From contig JAUNLW010000001.1 in assembly GCA_030532065.1 (NCBI GenBank), forward strand, positions 520,347 through 584,346: a stretch of 64,000 bases of DNA, given 5' to 3'. Shown here one piece after another: positions 55,576 through 63,644 of the stretch. The DNA is from Eubacteriales bacterium. GTDB lineage: Bacteria; Bacillota; Clostridia; Saccharofermentanales; DTU023. Under the pieces are notes generated by a model. The model was given only the letters and a program-made list of their open reading frames with translations. It had not been told where the DNA came from and made no database searches. Within the stretch, counting starts at the first letter, position 1; each line of letters opens with the position of its first letter. A program made the position numbers and the translations under genes.

Positions 55576-56583
55576 CTAGTCAATGCTATCGTTTTCTTGA
55601 TAGCGGCGACTGTGAGCAAAGGGTCTTAGATCCAGCTCAAGTCCTCTGGCAGCGGCTTCAGCCCTAATCTCCGTAAAGAAACTTGCCTGGTAAGTTTCAG
55701 GTAAATTTTTCGGCACGTACAGTATATAACTTTTGTGCCGGATGCTTCCTGGATCGATCGCAGGATGTTTACCCGGACGGCCGGAGTAACTTTCGAAGTC
55801 AGCCAATCGATCCAGATCACGCAGAATAGATTTCCTGGCTTTGGTCGGGTCTTGGTAACTGGGAGCATTCGGATCTATTGAACGCACACTCTTAGCCACA
55901 CCTGCCTGATAATAACAGATCACCGGATAATTAAAGGGCAGATTTGCGCCGGCTTTTTCTCTGAAAAACTTACCGCGATGGAAATTGCTTTCTGACCAGA
56001 CATTATCGTCTTCCTCTTCCCTGTGCTCCTGATTTTTGTCTTCACAGCCCGCTTGATGGTTGGACCAGAGTGCTACCGCTGCTGGAATTTCCCTTTCATA
56101 AGGGCCAAAGAGAGTGTTAAATTTTACATAAAGCGTAACGAGTAAACAGTTCCCTGCTTCGTCCCATTCCAGATAGATCTGACGTTCGTGCGCCGGCAAG
56201 GCAAATCCGCCTTCTGAGCGTAAATTTTCCAGCCAATAATCGATCCTCTGCTCAAGCCAGGGCGCAAGCACCAGAGAACTGGCATAATCAATTGCCAGCT
56301 CTTCCCAGGCATGGAAGTCACCTTTACTGATTATGCGAGAAAAAGCTTTCTCCACCGGCTCTGGCAAATGGTTGCCGACATAATCTGCCAAAGTAAAGAT
56401 CAAGCTGGCTTCTTCAGCCGTGTTCTCCAATGCATATGCCAGGTTAAGAAGGAGTAGATCAGCGTATATAATCAGAGCAAAGCTCAGCAACAATAATAAG
56501 AGAGGTACCAGTGTTAAGCACGCTTCGATGCTGATACTGCACTTGCTCTGACTATTTAACATCTTTTCCAGTCTGGCACTCAT
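55576..56583 (-). CDS. Hypothetical membrane-anchored protein with a TadE-like pseudopilin N-terminus and an unassigned C-terminal domain
   Basis: 335 aa. The N-terminus SKCSISIEACLTLVPLLLLLLSFALIIY resembles the TadE leader/helix pattern. The acidic linker and the C-terminal ~140 aa (NVWSESNFHRGKFF..KSYILYVPKNLPETYQ) match no family I recognise. An AGAGGAAA RBS is present. Confidence 0.45.
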   Translation of the reverse strand: MSARLEKMLNSQSKCSISIEACLTLVPLLLLLLSFALIIYADLLLLNLAYALENTAEEASLIFTLADYVGNHLPEPVEKAFSRIISKGDFHAWEELAIDYASSLVLAPWLEQRIDYWLENLRSEGGFALPAHERQIYLEWDEAGNCLLVTLYVKFNTLFGPYEREIPAAVALWSNHQAGCEDKNQEHREEEDDNVWSESNFHRGKFFREKAGANLPFNYPVICYYQAGVAKSVRSIDPNAPSYQDPTKARKSILRDLDRLADFESYSGRPGKHPAIDPGSIRHKSYILYVPKNLPETYQASFFTEIRAEAAARGLELDLRPFAHSRRYQENDSID

Positions 56584-56597
56584 TTTAGTTTCCTCTG

Positions 56598-58055
56598 TTA
56601 TTCTGCAGTAATTTCTGGTAACTCAAAATCCAAGCTGAAGTCGTAACTAAGAGTTCTGCCATTTACCACTAAAGCCACGCTTGCTTGGCGAAAGCCTGCT
56701 GTTCTCCTCTCGTTTTGGATGATACGAGCCAAGTCCTTAACCAGATCGTCCGGCGATCTGGTCCAAAGTAAGAGTCTCAGATAATCACGATAATAAAAGT
56801 CCGCCTGTAAGAATCCATCTCTCATATATGACAACGCCTCCGACGGCCAAAAAGGCAGGCCATATCCCTGGCCTAAATCACGCAGGTCTCCTCGAGCCAA
56901 TTTAAATGAATCCACGGCCTGGATCAGAGGTACAAACTGTTCCGCCTCAGCTGGTACCTGACCGAGAGAAACTAAAGTCACCAACGCGGCCAGGATATGC
57001 CCAAGTCTCTGATAATGAGCCTGGCGGTCAGGCATCTTACTACCCGCCAAATATTGCGCTACAAAGCGCATCGCGCAGATAAGAAGCTCTGCCTGACGTC
57101 CAGCAGCTCTCGCTGATCTTTTTCCAGTCGCCAGCTGTTCTAATTCCAGCGGTCGCTTCTCCGCCAGGTCAGCAAGTTTTTGTCCATTAGGTGTGAGCAA
57201 ATAACTTTGGCTCTGGAACTTTTTCTCCACATTAACTTGAGCCGGAAAGAGCAGCAGGCAATATTCGGCCAGGCAAAGTCGCTCCCAATCTTCCAGGTAG
57301 GCAAAATCCAATAGCTCATCCAGTTTGCGCGCTAATTTTTCTATGTTGCTCGGGCGAAAAGCTTCTGCTGGCGGCGGAGCGGTTGTGCCCAACGCTTCGT
57401 AAACCGGTAAGAACTGGCGCGCCATAGTTTCTATCAGCGGCAAGAATGTTTCCAATTCTTCCGTGGGTAACTGCTCAAGCAAATTTTCAGATTGTAGATC
57501 TGTTTGGCCCTCTTCTAAACTATCAAGACCAGCTTGAGCTTTCAGGAACTTTTCTTCTGCCGAGCTTGCTTCATGCAATTGATTAAGGCTTCCCGCAGTA
57601 CTGCCTCTCACTAAGCTCTGTCTGCCTTCCGCAGCAGAACGGGCGCGATGGAGCATCTCTGAAGAGAGAATGACCGGCGCTCTCAGCTTCATATAGCGTA
57701 AGACCTGTTCTTTTAAAATCTGTGGCTCAAAGATATTCCCTGACAGTTCATAGCTAAACTTTCGCTCCAAAATTTTAGGCTGACTTTCCAAAGCTGACTC
57801 TATAAGCTTGAGATCAATATCCTCTTCCTGGATGGCCCATAGCCCAAAATTTTGCCAGAGATCACGGTCATATGAAGCAAGAATAATTTTTCCGGCAGAT
57901 TTAGTCAGGCGCGCGGCAGTATACTCAGCGATCATACGCTCACTTAAAGCCTGGCTTGCTAGAAACAACAGTACCAATACCGGACAAATCAGGGCTAGCA
58001 AGATACTTATCGCCGCAGTTTGTCGGGCCAATGCCCAAGACTTGAGCTTATTCAT
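56598..58055 (-). CDS. Hypothetical protein with a TadE/TadG-like N-terminal helix
   Basis: 485 aa. The N-terminus ARQTAAISILLALICPVLVLLFLASQAL resembles the Tad pilus-assembly TadE/G-like N-terminal domain. The rest is helical and acidic with no motif I can assign. Its ATG overlaps the upstream stop (ATGA). Confidence 0.45.
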   Translation of the reverse strand: MNKLKSWALARQTAAISILLALICPVLVLLFLASQALSERMIAEYTAARLTKSAGKIILASYDRDLWQNFGLWAIQEEDIDLKLIESALESQPKILERKFSYELSGNIFEPQILKEQVLRYMKLRAPVILSSEMLHRARSAAEGRQSLVRGSTAGSLNQLHEASSAEEKFLKAQAGLDSLEEGQTDLQSENLLEQLPTEELETFLPLIETMARQFLPVYEALGTTAPPPAEAFRPSNIEKLARKLDELLDFAYLEDWERLCLAEYCLLLFPAQVNVEKKFQSQSYLLTPNGQKLADLAEKRPLELEQLATGKRSARAAGRQAELLICAMRFVAQYLAGSKMPDRQAHYQRLGHILAALVTLVSLGQVPAEAEQFVPLIQAVDSFKLARGDLRDLGQGYGLPFWPSEALSYMRDGFLQADFYYRDYLRLLLWTRSPDDLVKDLARIIQNERRTAGFRQASVALVVNGRTLSYDFSLDFELPEITAE

Positions 58056-58501
58056 GGGCTTTCCGGCGTAAAGATGCCCGGATGAATTAAATCATCCGGA
58101 GCGGGCAGGCCCGGCCTATCTGGTTGTGGCAATTCTGGCAGCGGTGGTATCTCAGACCCAGCATTATCTTGACCGGGTAGAGGTAAAAGCCCAAGGTCAG
58201 GATAAGCTTCCTCTGATCTTCTTTGCTTAAGCTGGAGCAGGTCTTCTGCCAGACTAAAAGTTTCCAAAAGCTTTGCCGGGCTGGCCAGGACATACTCCAG
58301 AAAAGCTTTATGACCGGCCGATACATCTTCCTTATTTACGACGTATATTTCCTCAAGGCCCAACATACATCCATTGGTTTGAGAGAAAGCCACGGCATCT
58401 TCTCCTACTGCTATAAGCAGCTTGAGTTCAAACAGGGTCAAGCCAAAGATGAGCAGTAAGCTCACCGTCAATACGATAGCGCTGGCTAAAATTTCTGACA
58501 T
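58052..58501 (-). CDS. Hypothetical single-pass membrane protein with a proline-rich C-terminus
   Basis: Preferred start is the ATG at 58501 (MSEILASAIVLTVSLLLIFGLTLFE), 5 nt after an AAGGAGGTG RBS; the ORF-track GTG at 58522 includes that RBS. The tail reads PPLPELPQPDRPGLPAPDD. Confidence 0.5.
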   Translation of the reverse strand: MSEILASAIVLTVSLLLIFGLTLFELKLLIAVGEDAVAFSQTNGCMLGLEEIYVVNKEDVSAGHKAFLEYVLASPAKLLETFSLAEDLLQLKQRRSEEAYPDLGLLPLPGQDNAGSEIPPLPELPQPDRPGLPAPDDLIHPGIFTPESP

Positions 58502-58562
58502 AAAAACACCTCCTTGGTCCACATGAAGTATGGTCCGTTAGGAGGTGTATGAAATTTCTTTC

Positions 58563-58579
58563 TACGACAAGCTTCGACA
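58563..58579 (-). promoter_or_regulatory. Tandem head-to-tail Spo0A-box-like element upstream of the three-gene hypothetical operon
   Basis: The minus strand reads 5'-TGTCGAA-gct-TGTCGTA-3' (58579 to 58563). That is an exact 0A heptamer plus a 6/7 copy, with a 10-bp period, about 62 nt upstream of the ATG at 58501. Confidence 0.35.
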
Positions 58580-58599
58580 GTTAACCACAAAATTTAGAA

Positions 58600-59262
58600 C
58601 TAGGGTAAGAGACCATTTTTACGTAAGAAGGGATTAGCCTGCAAGGTATCCCCTACAGTGCTTAGAGAACCGTGTCCCGGTAGTATAGGTAACTCCGGTG
58701 GTAATGCCTCCAAGCGTTTCTTTAACCACACCATGGTTTGTCGCATCTGCTCTGAGTCCCCGCCTAAAAGATCAGAGCGGCCAATATTGTTAGAAAAGAA
58801 AGTATCTCCACTAAAGAGTGCCCTGGGCTGCCAGTTCTTACCTTCCAGTTCTTTAAGTAAAAAGCAAAGTCCACCTTCAGTATGACCAGGGGTTGCCCAA
58901 ACTTCGATCACTAACTTCTCATCTAAACGCAGTTCTTCTCCTCCCTTTAAAGCAATATCGGGGTGAGGAAAAGTGCGCGCATGGGCAAACATTTTAGAGG
59001 CGTTAGCTTCTACATCGTCCAGCATCCAAATATCTGCCTCCGCGCAGGCAAGTTTCGTTTTTTCGCCAAGCCAGGAGTCGACGCTACGCAAGTGGTCATA
59101 ATGCGCATGCGTTACCCAGATATAAGCGATCGGGTCAGTGAGGTCTTCTGGCTTTTCCGCGCCAGGATCAATCACCAGGCCTCCGGCTAGATCAAGGTAA
59201 TATGTATTCGCGTTTTTCCAGGTCTCAGGGTAAAGGTGTAAAACTGAGGCTAGTTCAATCAT
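58600..59262 (-). CDS. MBL-fold metallo-hydrolase (glyoxalase II-like)
   Basis: 220 aa. The metal motif VTHAHYDH, then TPGHTEGG and a later LPGHG. Confidence 0.85.
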   Translation of the reverse strand: MIELASVLHLYPETWKNANTYYLDLAGGLVIDPGAEKPEDLTDPIAYIWVTHAHYDHLRSVDSWLGEKTKLACAEADIWMLDDVEANASKMFAHARTFPHPDIALKGGEELRLDEKLVIEVWATPGHTEGGLCFLLKELEGKNWQPRALFSGDTFFSNNIGRSDLLGGDSEQMRQTMVWLKKRLEALPPELPILPGHGSLSTVGDTLQANPFLRKNGLLP

Positions 59263-59648
59263 CTCAACAATTCTCTCCAGGCTAAGTCGCCGCGGTCGAT
59301 TGCGAGGACTAGTAACTCTGCCAGGGCCATATTGCTGGCATAAGGAATATTCATATTATCACAAGCTCTAAGGAGAACGTTGGCGATACTGTAATCCGGC
59401 TCATCTTGGTCACGTAAGTATATTATGGCATCAATCTCATTGTAACTTACTCTACTAGCGAGTTGGTCGATACCGGTCACGAGATCTGTCGCCAAAGTGT
59501 TGATCTCAAGTCCCGTTGCTTCTTGAATAAGCTTTGAGGTATTAAACAAAGACATCAGCCTATGTTTGCGGAGAATATTTTTATAAGCTATGCAAAAATT
59601 AACCAAGAGGTCATACTTACGCATATCCGCCATCAGTACAATGTCCAT
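59259..59648 (-). CDS. Methylglyoxal synthase-like (MGS-fold) protein with substituted catalytic positions
   Basis: 129 aa. Clear similarity to MgsA (EATGL.I, IDAIIYLRD, LLRACD..NIPYASNMA.AELLV). However, AHD becomes MAD(M), ATGTTG becomes SLFNTS, GGDQQ becomes TGIDQ, and the PH(D/E)PD His is absent. A 4-nt overlap joins it to the MBL gene. Confidence 0.75.
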   Translation of the reverse strand: MDIVLMADMRKYDLLVNFCIAYKNILRKHRLMSLFNTSKLIQEATGLEINTLATDLVTGIDQLASRVSYNEIDAIIYLRDQDEPDYSIANVLLRACDNMNIPYASNMALAELLVLAIDRGDLAWRELLR

Positions 59649-59681
59649 TATCAGCCCTCTTCTTTCAGTTTATTTAGTCAA

Positions 59682-59710
59682 ATTATATCCCTATTAGGCA
59701 AAACCTTCAA
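59682..59710 (-). promoter_or_regulatory. Putative promoter of the MGS-like/MBL pair
   Basis: On the minus strand: TTGAAG (59710-59705), 17 nt, TATAAT (59687-59682). Confidence 0.5.
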
Positions 59711-59798
59711 ACAGATTGCACAAATTTTTATTGCATTCTCAACAATTTTATTTTCTCATTGCCAATTTTCGCTCAGGGTGTCGGTAAAAATGCAGCTT

Positions 59799-62147
59799 TT
59801 ATGGCGTGCCGCTATCTGCTGGAGCAGTTTCTCCGGTTTCTTCCTCGGCCCGCTTACGCGCTTCTTCTGCCTGATACTCTTCCCGCTCGTGGATTAGCAG
59901 GAATTTTTCCGGATCTTGGTCCATCTCAGCCAAACGTTGTTGGATTTCCGTTCTTGGCTCATAGCCATAATAAGCATCTAAGAGGTCTCGCGCAATATTA
60001 GAAGTAATATCGCCCTTACCGCCTCCTTCTACAAAGCAGGCAATTGCCACTTGTGGATCCTCTACCGGAGCAAAACAGATAAACACAGCATTGGCCGTAA
60101 GGTCTTGGCCCAGGCCGACTTCAGCAGTGCCGGTTTTAGCGCCCACGTTGATGGGATAGTCTCCGAAATTCTTGTGCGTAAAATTAGACTTCTCATAATA
60201 TTTAAGCTGGGACATACCATCTGTAACCATATCCATGGCCTGCTGTTTAAAGTTCAGTTGACTGATACTCTTTTGTTCAGGTCGGATCAGGCGACCATCA
60301 GCGCTCTCAATATCCATGATTACATGAGGAGTAACCAGTTGGTTGCTCACGATGGCGGCGATTGAGCGAACCATCTGAGTAACTGTGTATGCGTTATCAA
60401 ACTGACCTATACTGGTTTGGCAGGTATCGGCGGGATACCATTCCTGATCACCCGGGGTTAGTCTGGTTTGGGCCTTAAGCTCCGGACTGGGGCGAATACC
60501 CTTAGCTTCACCAGGCAAGTCAATACCGGTGTATTCACCTAAGCCCAATTGCGCGGCGTAGGAAGATAGAGCTTCAATGCCTATGTCCAAACCAAGTTTA
60601 AAAAAGTATAAGTTACAGGAATAAACCAAGCCTTCGGCCAGGCTGATCCAACCGTGGCCATGCTCAGGCTCACCGTAACAGACCCAGTTCTTGTAACCGA
60701 TATTTTCCTTACCTTTACATTCGTACTTATCGTTGCCGGGACTAATAACTTCTTCCATCGCTCCCGCCAGAGCGGTAACTGTCTTGAAAGTAGAAGCTGG
60801 CGCGTAGGTCTCTCCTACACAGCGATTCAGCATGGGTTTATGTTTGGTATCCAAAAGGTCAGCCACCGCTCTCTTTGCGGCTTCGTTGTCCTGATCCAGC
60901 TGCAAAAAGTCAGCCGGTTGGAAAGAAGGTATGCTGCCCATGGCCAGTACACGTCCAGTGGCTATATCCATCATGACCGCGCTGGCCGAATCCGCGTTAC
61001 CAAGTTTTCGCTCTCTAACTTCCAGCATCGTGTCATAAAGGCTGGCATAGAGTACCTTTTGCGTGTAAATGTCTTGATTTAACCGTACCGTAGCTCCCGG
61101 TTTGGCCTCTATCTGACCTTGTCCCGGCAAATAGCTGAATTCATCTGCATCCCGATACCAGGTACCATAAGGGACTCTGCCGTTATCTCCGTGCAGGTAA
61201 CGCTCGGCAGTGTACTCAATACCGGCCTTGCCTGTAATGTCGGTTATCTGATAACCAAAATCACTGAGGCGCTCATACTCTGAAGAAGAAATTGGTCCCA
61301 CATAGCCTAAAATATGTGAGAAATATCGGCTGTCATCGGTATACATACGATAGTAACTGGGCTTTGTTACCAGGCCGGGGAATTTTTCCTTTTGTTCCAG
61401 CGCCATATCTCTCAGACTGGCGGGAATATTGTCGGCCAGGAGGACCGGCTCACCTTGCTGGAACGTCCAGTTGTTGACATAGATCTCGTAACGCAGCTGC
61501 ATAATCTGCCAGGCTTCGTAACGGGTGTAATAGAGATTGCCCTTAGCCGTTCTGCTTTCAATACGGAAAAGGTCGTAGAGCAAGTATTCATAAAACTGTT
61601 CCGGTTCTAGCTTAACCTTGAGATAATTGGCTACTCTTGCCGTGCTGGGAGCCAGATTGAAGAGGTTCTTATTCTGCTGCCAGGCAGCAATCTCATCCAG
61701 GTCTTTCTTAAATACGAAAGCCAGCTCACCATCGGGCAAGCGCTCCTTAGAAGCGGAAGATAAATCGAAATAATTCGTCAAAGAGTGCTCAGCCTGAACA
61801 CCATATTGCTCAAAGAGCTTCGCCAGTTCCAGGAGCTGGCGGTTTAGTTCAAAATCATCCAAGCCCGCAAAGGCCAGGTAAAGCTGGTCTTTTCTTTCGC
61901 TGTAGGCCAAAGTCTGACCGGATCTGTCCACGATTAAGCCACGAGGTGCCTGCACCGTCATTTGCCTGCCTTCACCTTGACTAAAACTGACAGGTTCCTG
62001 CTTTCGCCCTGCGAACTGGAAACTGGAAGTTTTAATAAAGATAGCCGCTAATGACACAATCACCAGTAAGGCAATTATGCTGTAGCGATTGAAGCGGAAG
62101 CCATTGTCATTTGAGGATCTAGAGACTTTTAAGTCTTTCACTGCCAA
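59799..62147 (-). CDS. mrdA: Penicillin-binding protein 2 (elongation-type class B transpeptidase)
   Basis: 782 aa. N-terminal TM anchor, a PBP dimerisation domain, the transpeptidase motifs STFK and KTGTA, and an acidic C-terminal tail. Located downstream of mreCD. Confidence 0.9.
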   Translation of the reverse strand: MAVKDLKVSRSSNDNGFRFNRYSIIALLVIVSLAAIFIKTSSFQFAGRKQEPVSFSQGEGRQMTVQAPRGLIVDRSGQTLAYSERKDQLYLAFAGLDDFELNRQLLELAKLFEQYGVQAEHSLTNYFDLSSASKERLPDGELAFVFKKDLDEIAAWQQNKNLFNLAPSTARVANYLKVKLEPEQFYEYLLYDLFRIESRTAKGNLYYTRYEAWQIMQLRYEIYVNNWTFQQGEPVLLADNIPASLRDMALEQKEKFPGLVTKPSYYRMYTDDSRYFSHILGYVGPISSSEYERLSDFGYQITDITGKAGIEYTAERYLHGDNGRVPYGTWYRDADEFSYLPGQGQIEAKPGATVRLNQDIYTQKVLYASLYDTMLEVRERKLGNADSASAVMMDIATGRVLAMGSIPSFQPADFLQLDQDNEAAKRAVADLLDTKHKPMLNRCVGETYAPASTFKTVTALAGAMEEVISPGNDKYECKGKENIGYKNWVCYGEPEHGHGWISLAEGLVYSCNLYFFKLGLDIGIEALSSYAAQLGLGEYTGIDLPGEAKGIRPSPELKAQTRLTPGDQEWYPADTCQTSIGQFDNAYTVTQMVRSIAAIVSNQLVTPHVIMDIESADGRLIRPEQKSISQLNFKQQAMDMVTDGMSQLKYYEKSNFTHKNFGDYPINVGAKTGTAEVGLGQDLTANAVFICFAPVEDPQVAIACFVEGGGKGDITSNIARDLLDAYYGYEPRTEIQQRLAEMDQDPEKFLLIHEREEYQAEEARKRAEEETGETAPADSGTP

Positions 62148-62683
62148 GTCTCCTCCTTATAGAAATTCGGACTGATCAAGTAGAAAACACCCATGATAAT
62201 CAAAAGGCCCAAGAGGACACCAGGCAAGGATCTTATGCCGGTAACTAGCTCTCCAGGTACACGTTGTCCCAAACTCATCTCCAACTTATAGCGCAAAGGC
62301 AATATTTGGAACAGCACCGCCTTCAACAGTCTGTAAAACAAATAAAGTACGCTGGCAAAGACAAAACTCCAGCCCCATTTGCGCGGCAAGCGGATATCTC
62401 GAATGATATAGCTGACTAGGACCAACCCTACGGCAAGGATCAAAGATGGCCCCATCATTTGTCCAAACAAAAGGTCTTTCCCGGCAGCTGCCAATAACGT
62501 AACTGCCAGCATTTGTCCTCCCGAAGAAAAGAAGCAGGCGAAAATCTGCAGGCTGAAAAAGAGATCAACCGGTCTTAAGCCCCATGCTCCGGTTAAAGGT
62601 CTGGCCGAAACTAAGTAGACCACCAAAGCAAAGCTCAGCAACCAGCTCCAGAATTCACGCTGTTTAATTAACTTTCTGATCAT
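62138..62683 (-). CDS. mreD: Rod shape-determining protein MreD
   Basis: 181 aa, a polytopic membrane protein. Its position, overlapping both mreC (4 nt) and PBP2 (10 nt), fits MreD. Confidence 0.75.
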   Translation of the reverse strand: MIRKLIKQREFWSWLLSFALVVYLVSARPLTGAWGLRPVDLFFSLQIFACFFSSGGQMLAVTLLAAAGKDLLFGQMMGPSLILAVGLVLVSYIIRDIRLPRKWGWSFVFASVLYLFYRLLKAVLFQILPLRYKLEMSLGQRVPGELVTGIRSLPGVLLGLLIIMGVFYLISPNFYKEETWQ

Positions 62684-63567
62684 TTTGCCGGTACCGTAGC
62701 ACTTTCATTAACCAGACTATGCTCTTCCGTGGGCAGTAAGACGAAAAGTACAGGCAGGTCTCTCGGGTCGGCGGCTGGCTCGACTTTAGCTGTACGGAGC
62801 CCCAGACTGTCCGCCTCAGAGAGCTCGGTAATTTTGCCGCAGAGCACGGCTTCTGGGAAGATACCGCCTTTGCCGGAAGTATAGAGCAGATCTCCTACCG
62901 CCAGATTAGCCTCCGCGGGAATTTGATCTGCCATTAGGGTTTTATCTTTGGAGAAAACTCCCTGACCTCGTAATTCAAAACTGTGAGTCATGTCCCTTTC
63001 TCCATAGACACTACAGGCAAAGCCGGCGTGGCTGAAAGGTAACATTTTAGAGCTCAGAGCATCGGCTGAGATCACGCTTCCCACCAGCGCCGCCTGTTCG
63101 TTAAGTACTGCGTAGCCGGCACTTTCTGCAAAGTCCAGGCCATCTAATTTACCCAAGTCCAGGCGATAAAAGTCAAAACCCTCTTCCAAGGGTTCTTGTA
63201 AAATATTAGCGGCCACAAAGCGGCGGCCGGGGAAGCGGTCTTTAAGACTAAAAGCTTCTTTTAAGCCACTGTAGGCTTCAGCCGCCTGTTCATTGTCTTT
63301 AATTTTCAAGCGCAAGTCTAAATTCTCCTCACGCAGCCGCTCATTCTCCTGCCGCAATTCCGCATTTTGAGACATGGTTCCGACAAAGCTTGACACACCA
63401 TTACCAACACCGTTAAAAACCAGCTCAAAAGGGCGTAGTAAGACGCTCAAAGGTGTAGATAAACTGGATACTGGTTTATCGGGTAAAAGCGAGAACAACA
63501 TAATGCCCAACACGGCTAAGCCGGTTAGGAGCAAGATCAGGATGCGTGTTTTTTGGTTTTTAGACAT
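62680..63567 (-). CDS. mreC: Rod shape-determining protein MreC
   Basis: 295 aa. N-terminal TM helix, a coiled coil (LRQENERLREENLDLRLKIKDNE), and beta-barrel blocks including LYTSGKGGIFPEAVLCGKI. Confidence 0.85.
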   Translation of the reverse strand: MSKNQKTRILILLLTGLAVLGIMLFSLLPDKPVSSLSTPLSVLLRPFELVFNGVGNGVSSFVGTMSQNAELRQENERLREENLDLRLKIKDNEQAAEAYSGLKEAFSLKDRFPGRRFVAANILQEPLEEGFDFYRLDLGKLDGLDFAESAGYAVLNEQAALVGSVISADALSSKMLPFSHAGFACSVYGERDMTHSFELRGQGVFSKDKTLMADQIPAEANLAVGDLLYTSGKGGIFPEAVLCGKITELSEADSLGLRTAKVEPAADPRDLPVLFVLLPTEEHSLVNESATVPAK

Positions 63568-63614
63568 TGATCGGCAGTCGGCCCCCGCCTTCTAAAATCA
63601 GCTAATGTTCTAGT

Positions 63615-63643
63615 ATTTTAGCGCATGGCCGTAGCGATAGCAA
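63615..63643 (-). promoter_or_regulatory. Putative promoter of mreC-mreD-PBP2
   Basis: On the minus strand: TTGCTA (63643-63638), 17 nt, TAAAAT (63620-63615), immediately after the radC stop. Confidence 0.45.
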
Positions 63644-63644
63644 T

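Noticed and set aside
58549-58584. 11-codon plus-strand mini-ORF (MKFLSTTSFDS) preceded by GGAGGTG
   Set aside because: The spacer between the SD-like sequence and the ATG is only about 3 nt. The GGAGG is more simply explained as chance in a region whose minus strand carries the operon's promoter and 0A-like boxes. There is no evidence for translation.
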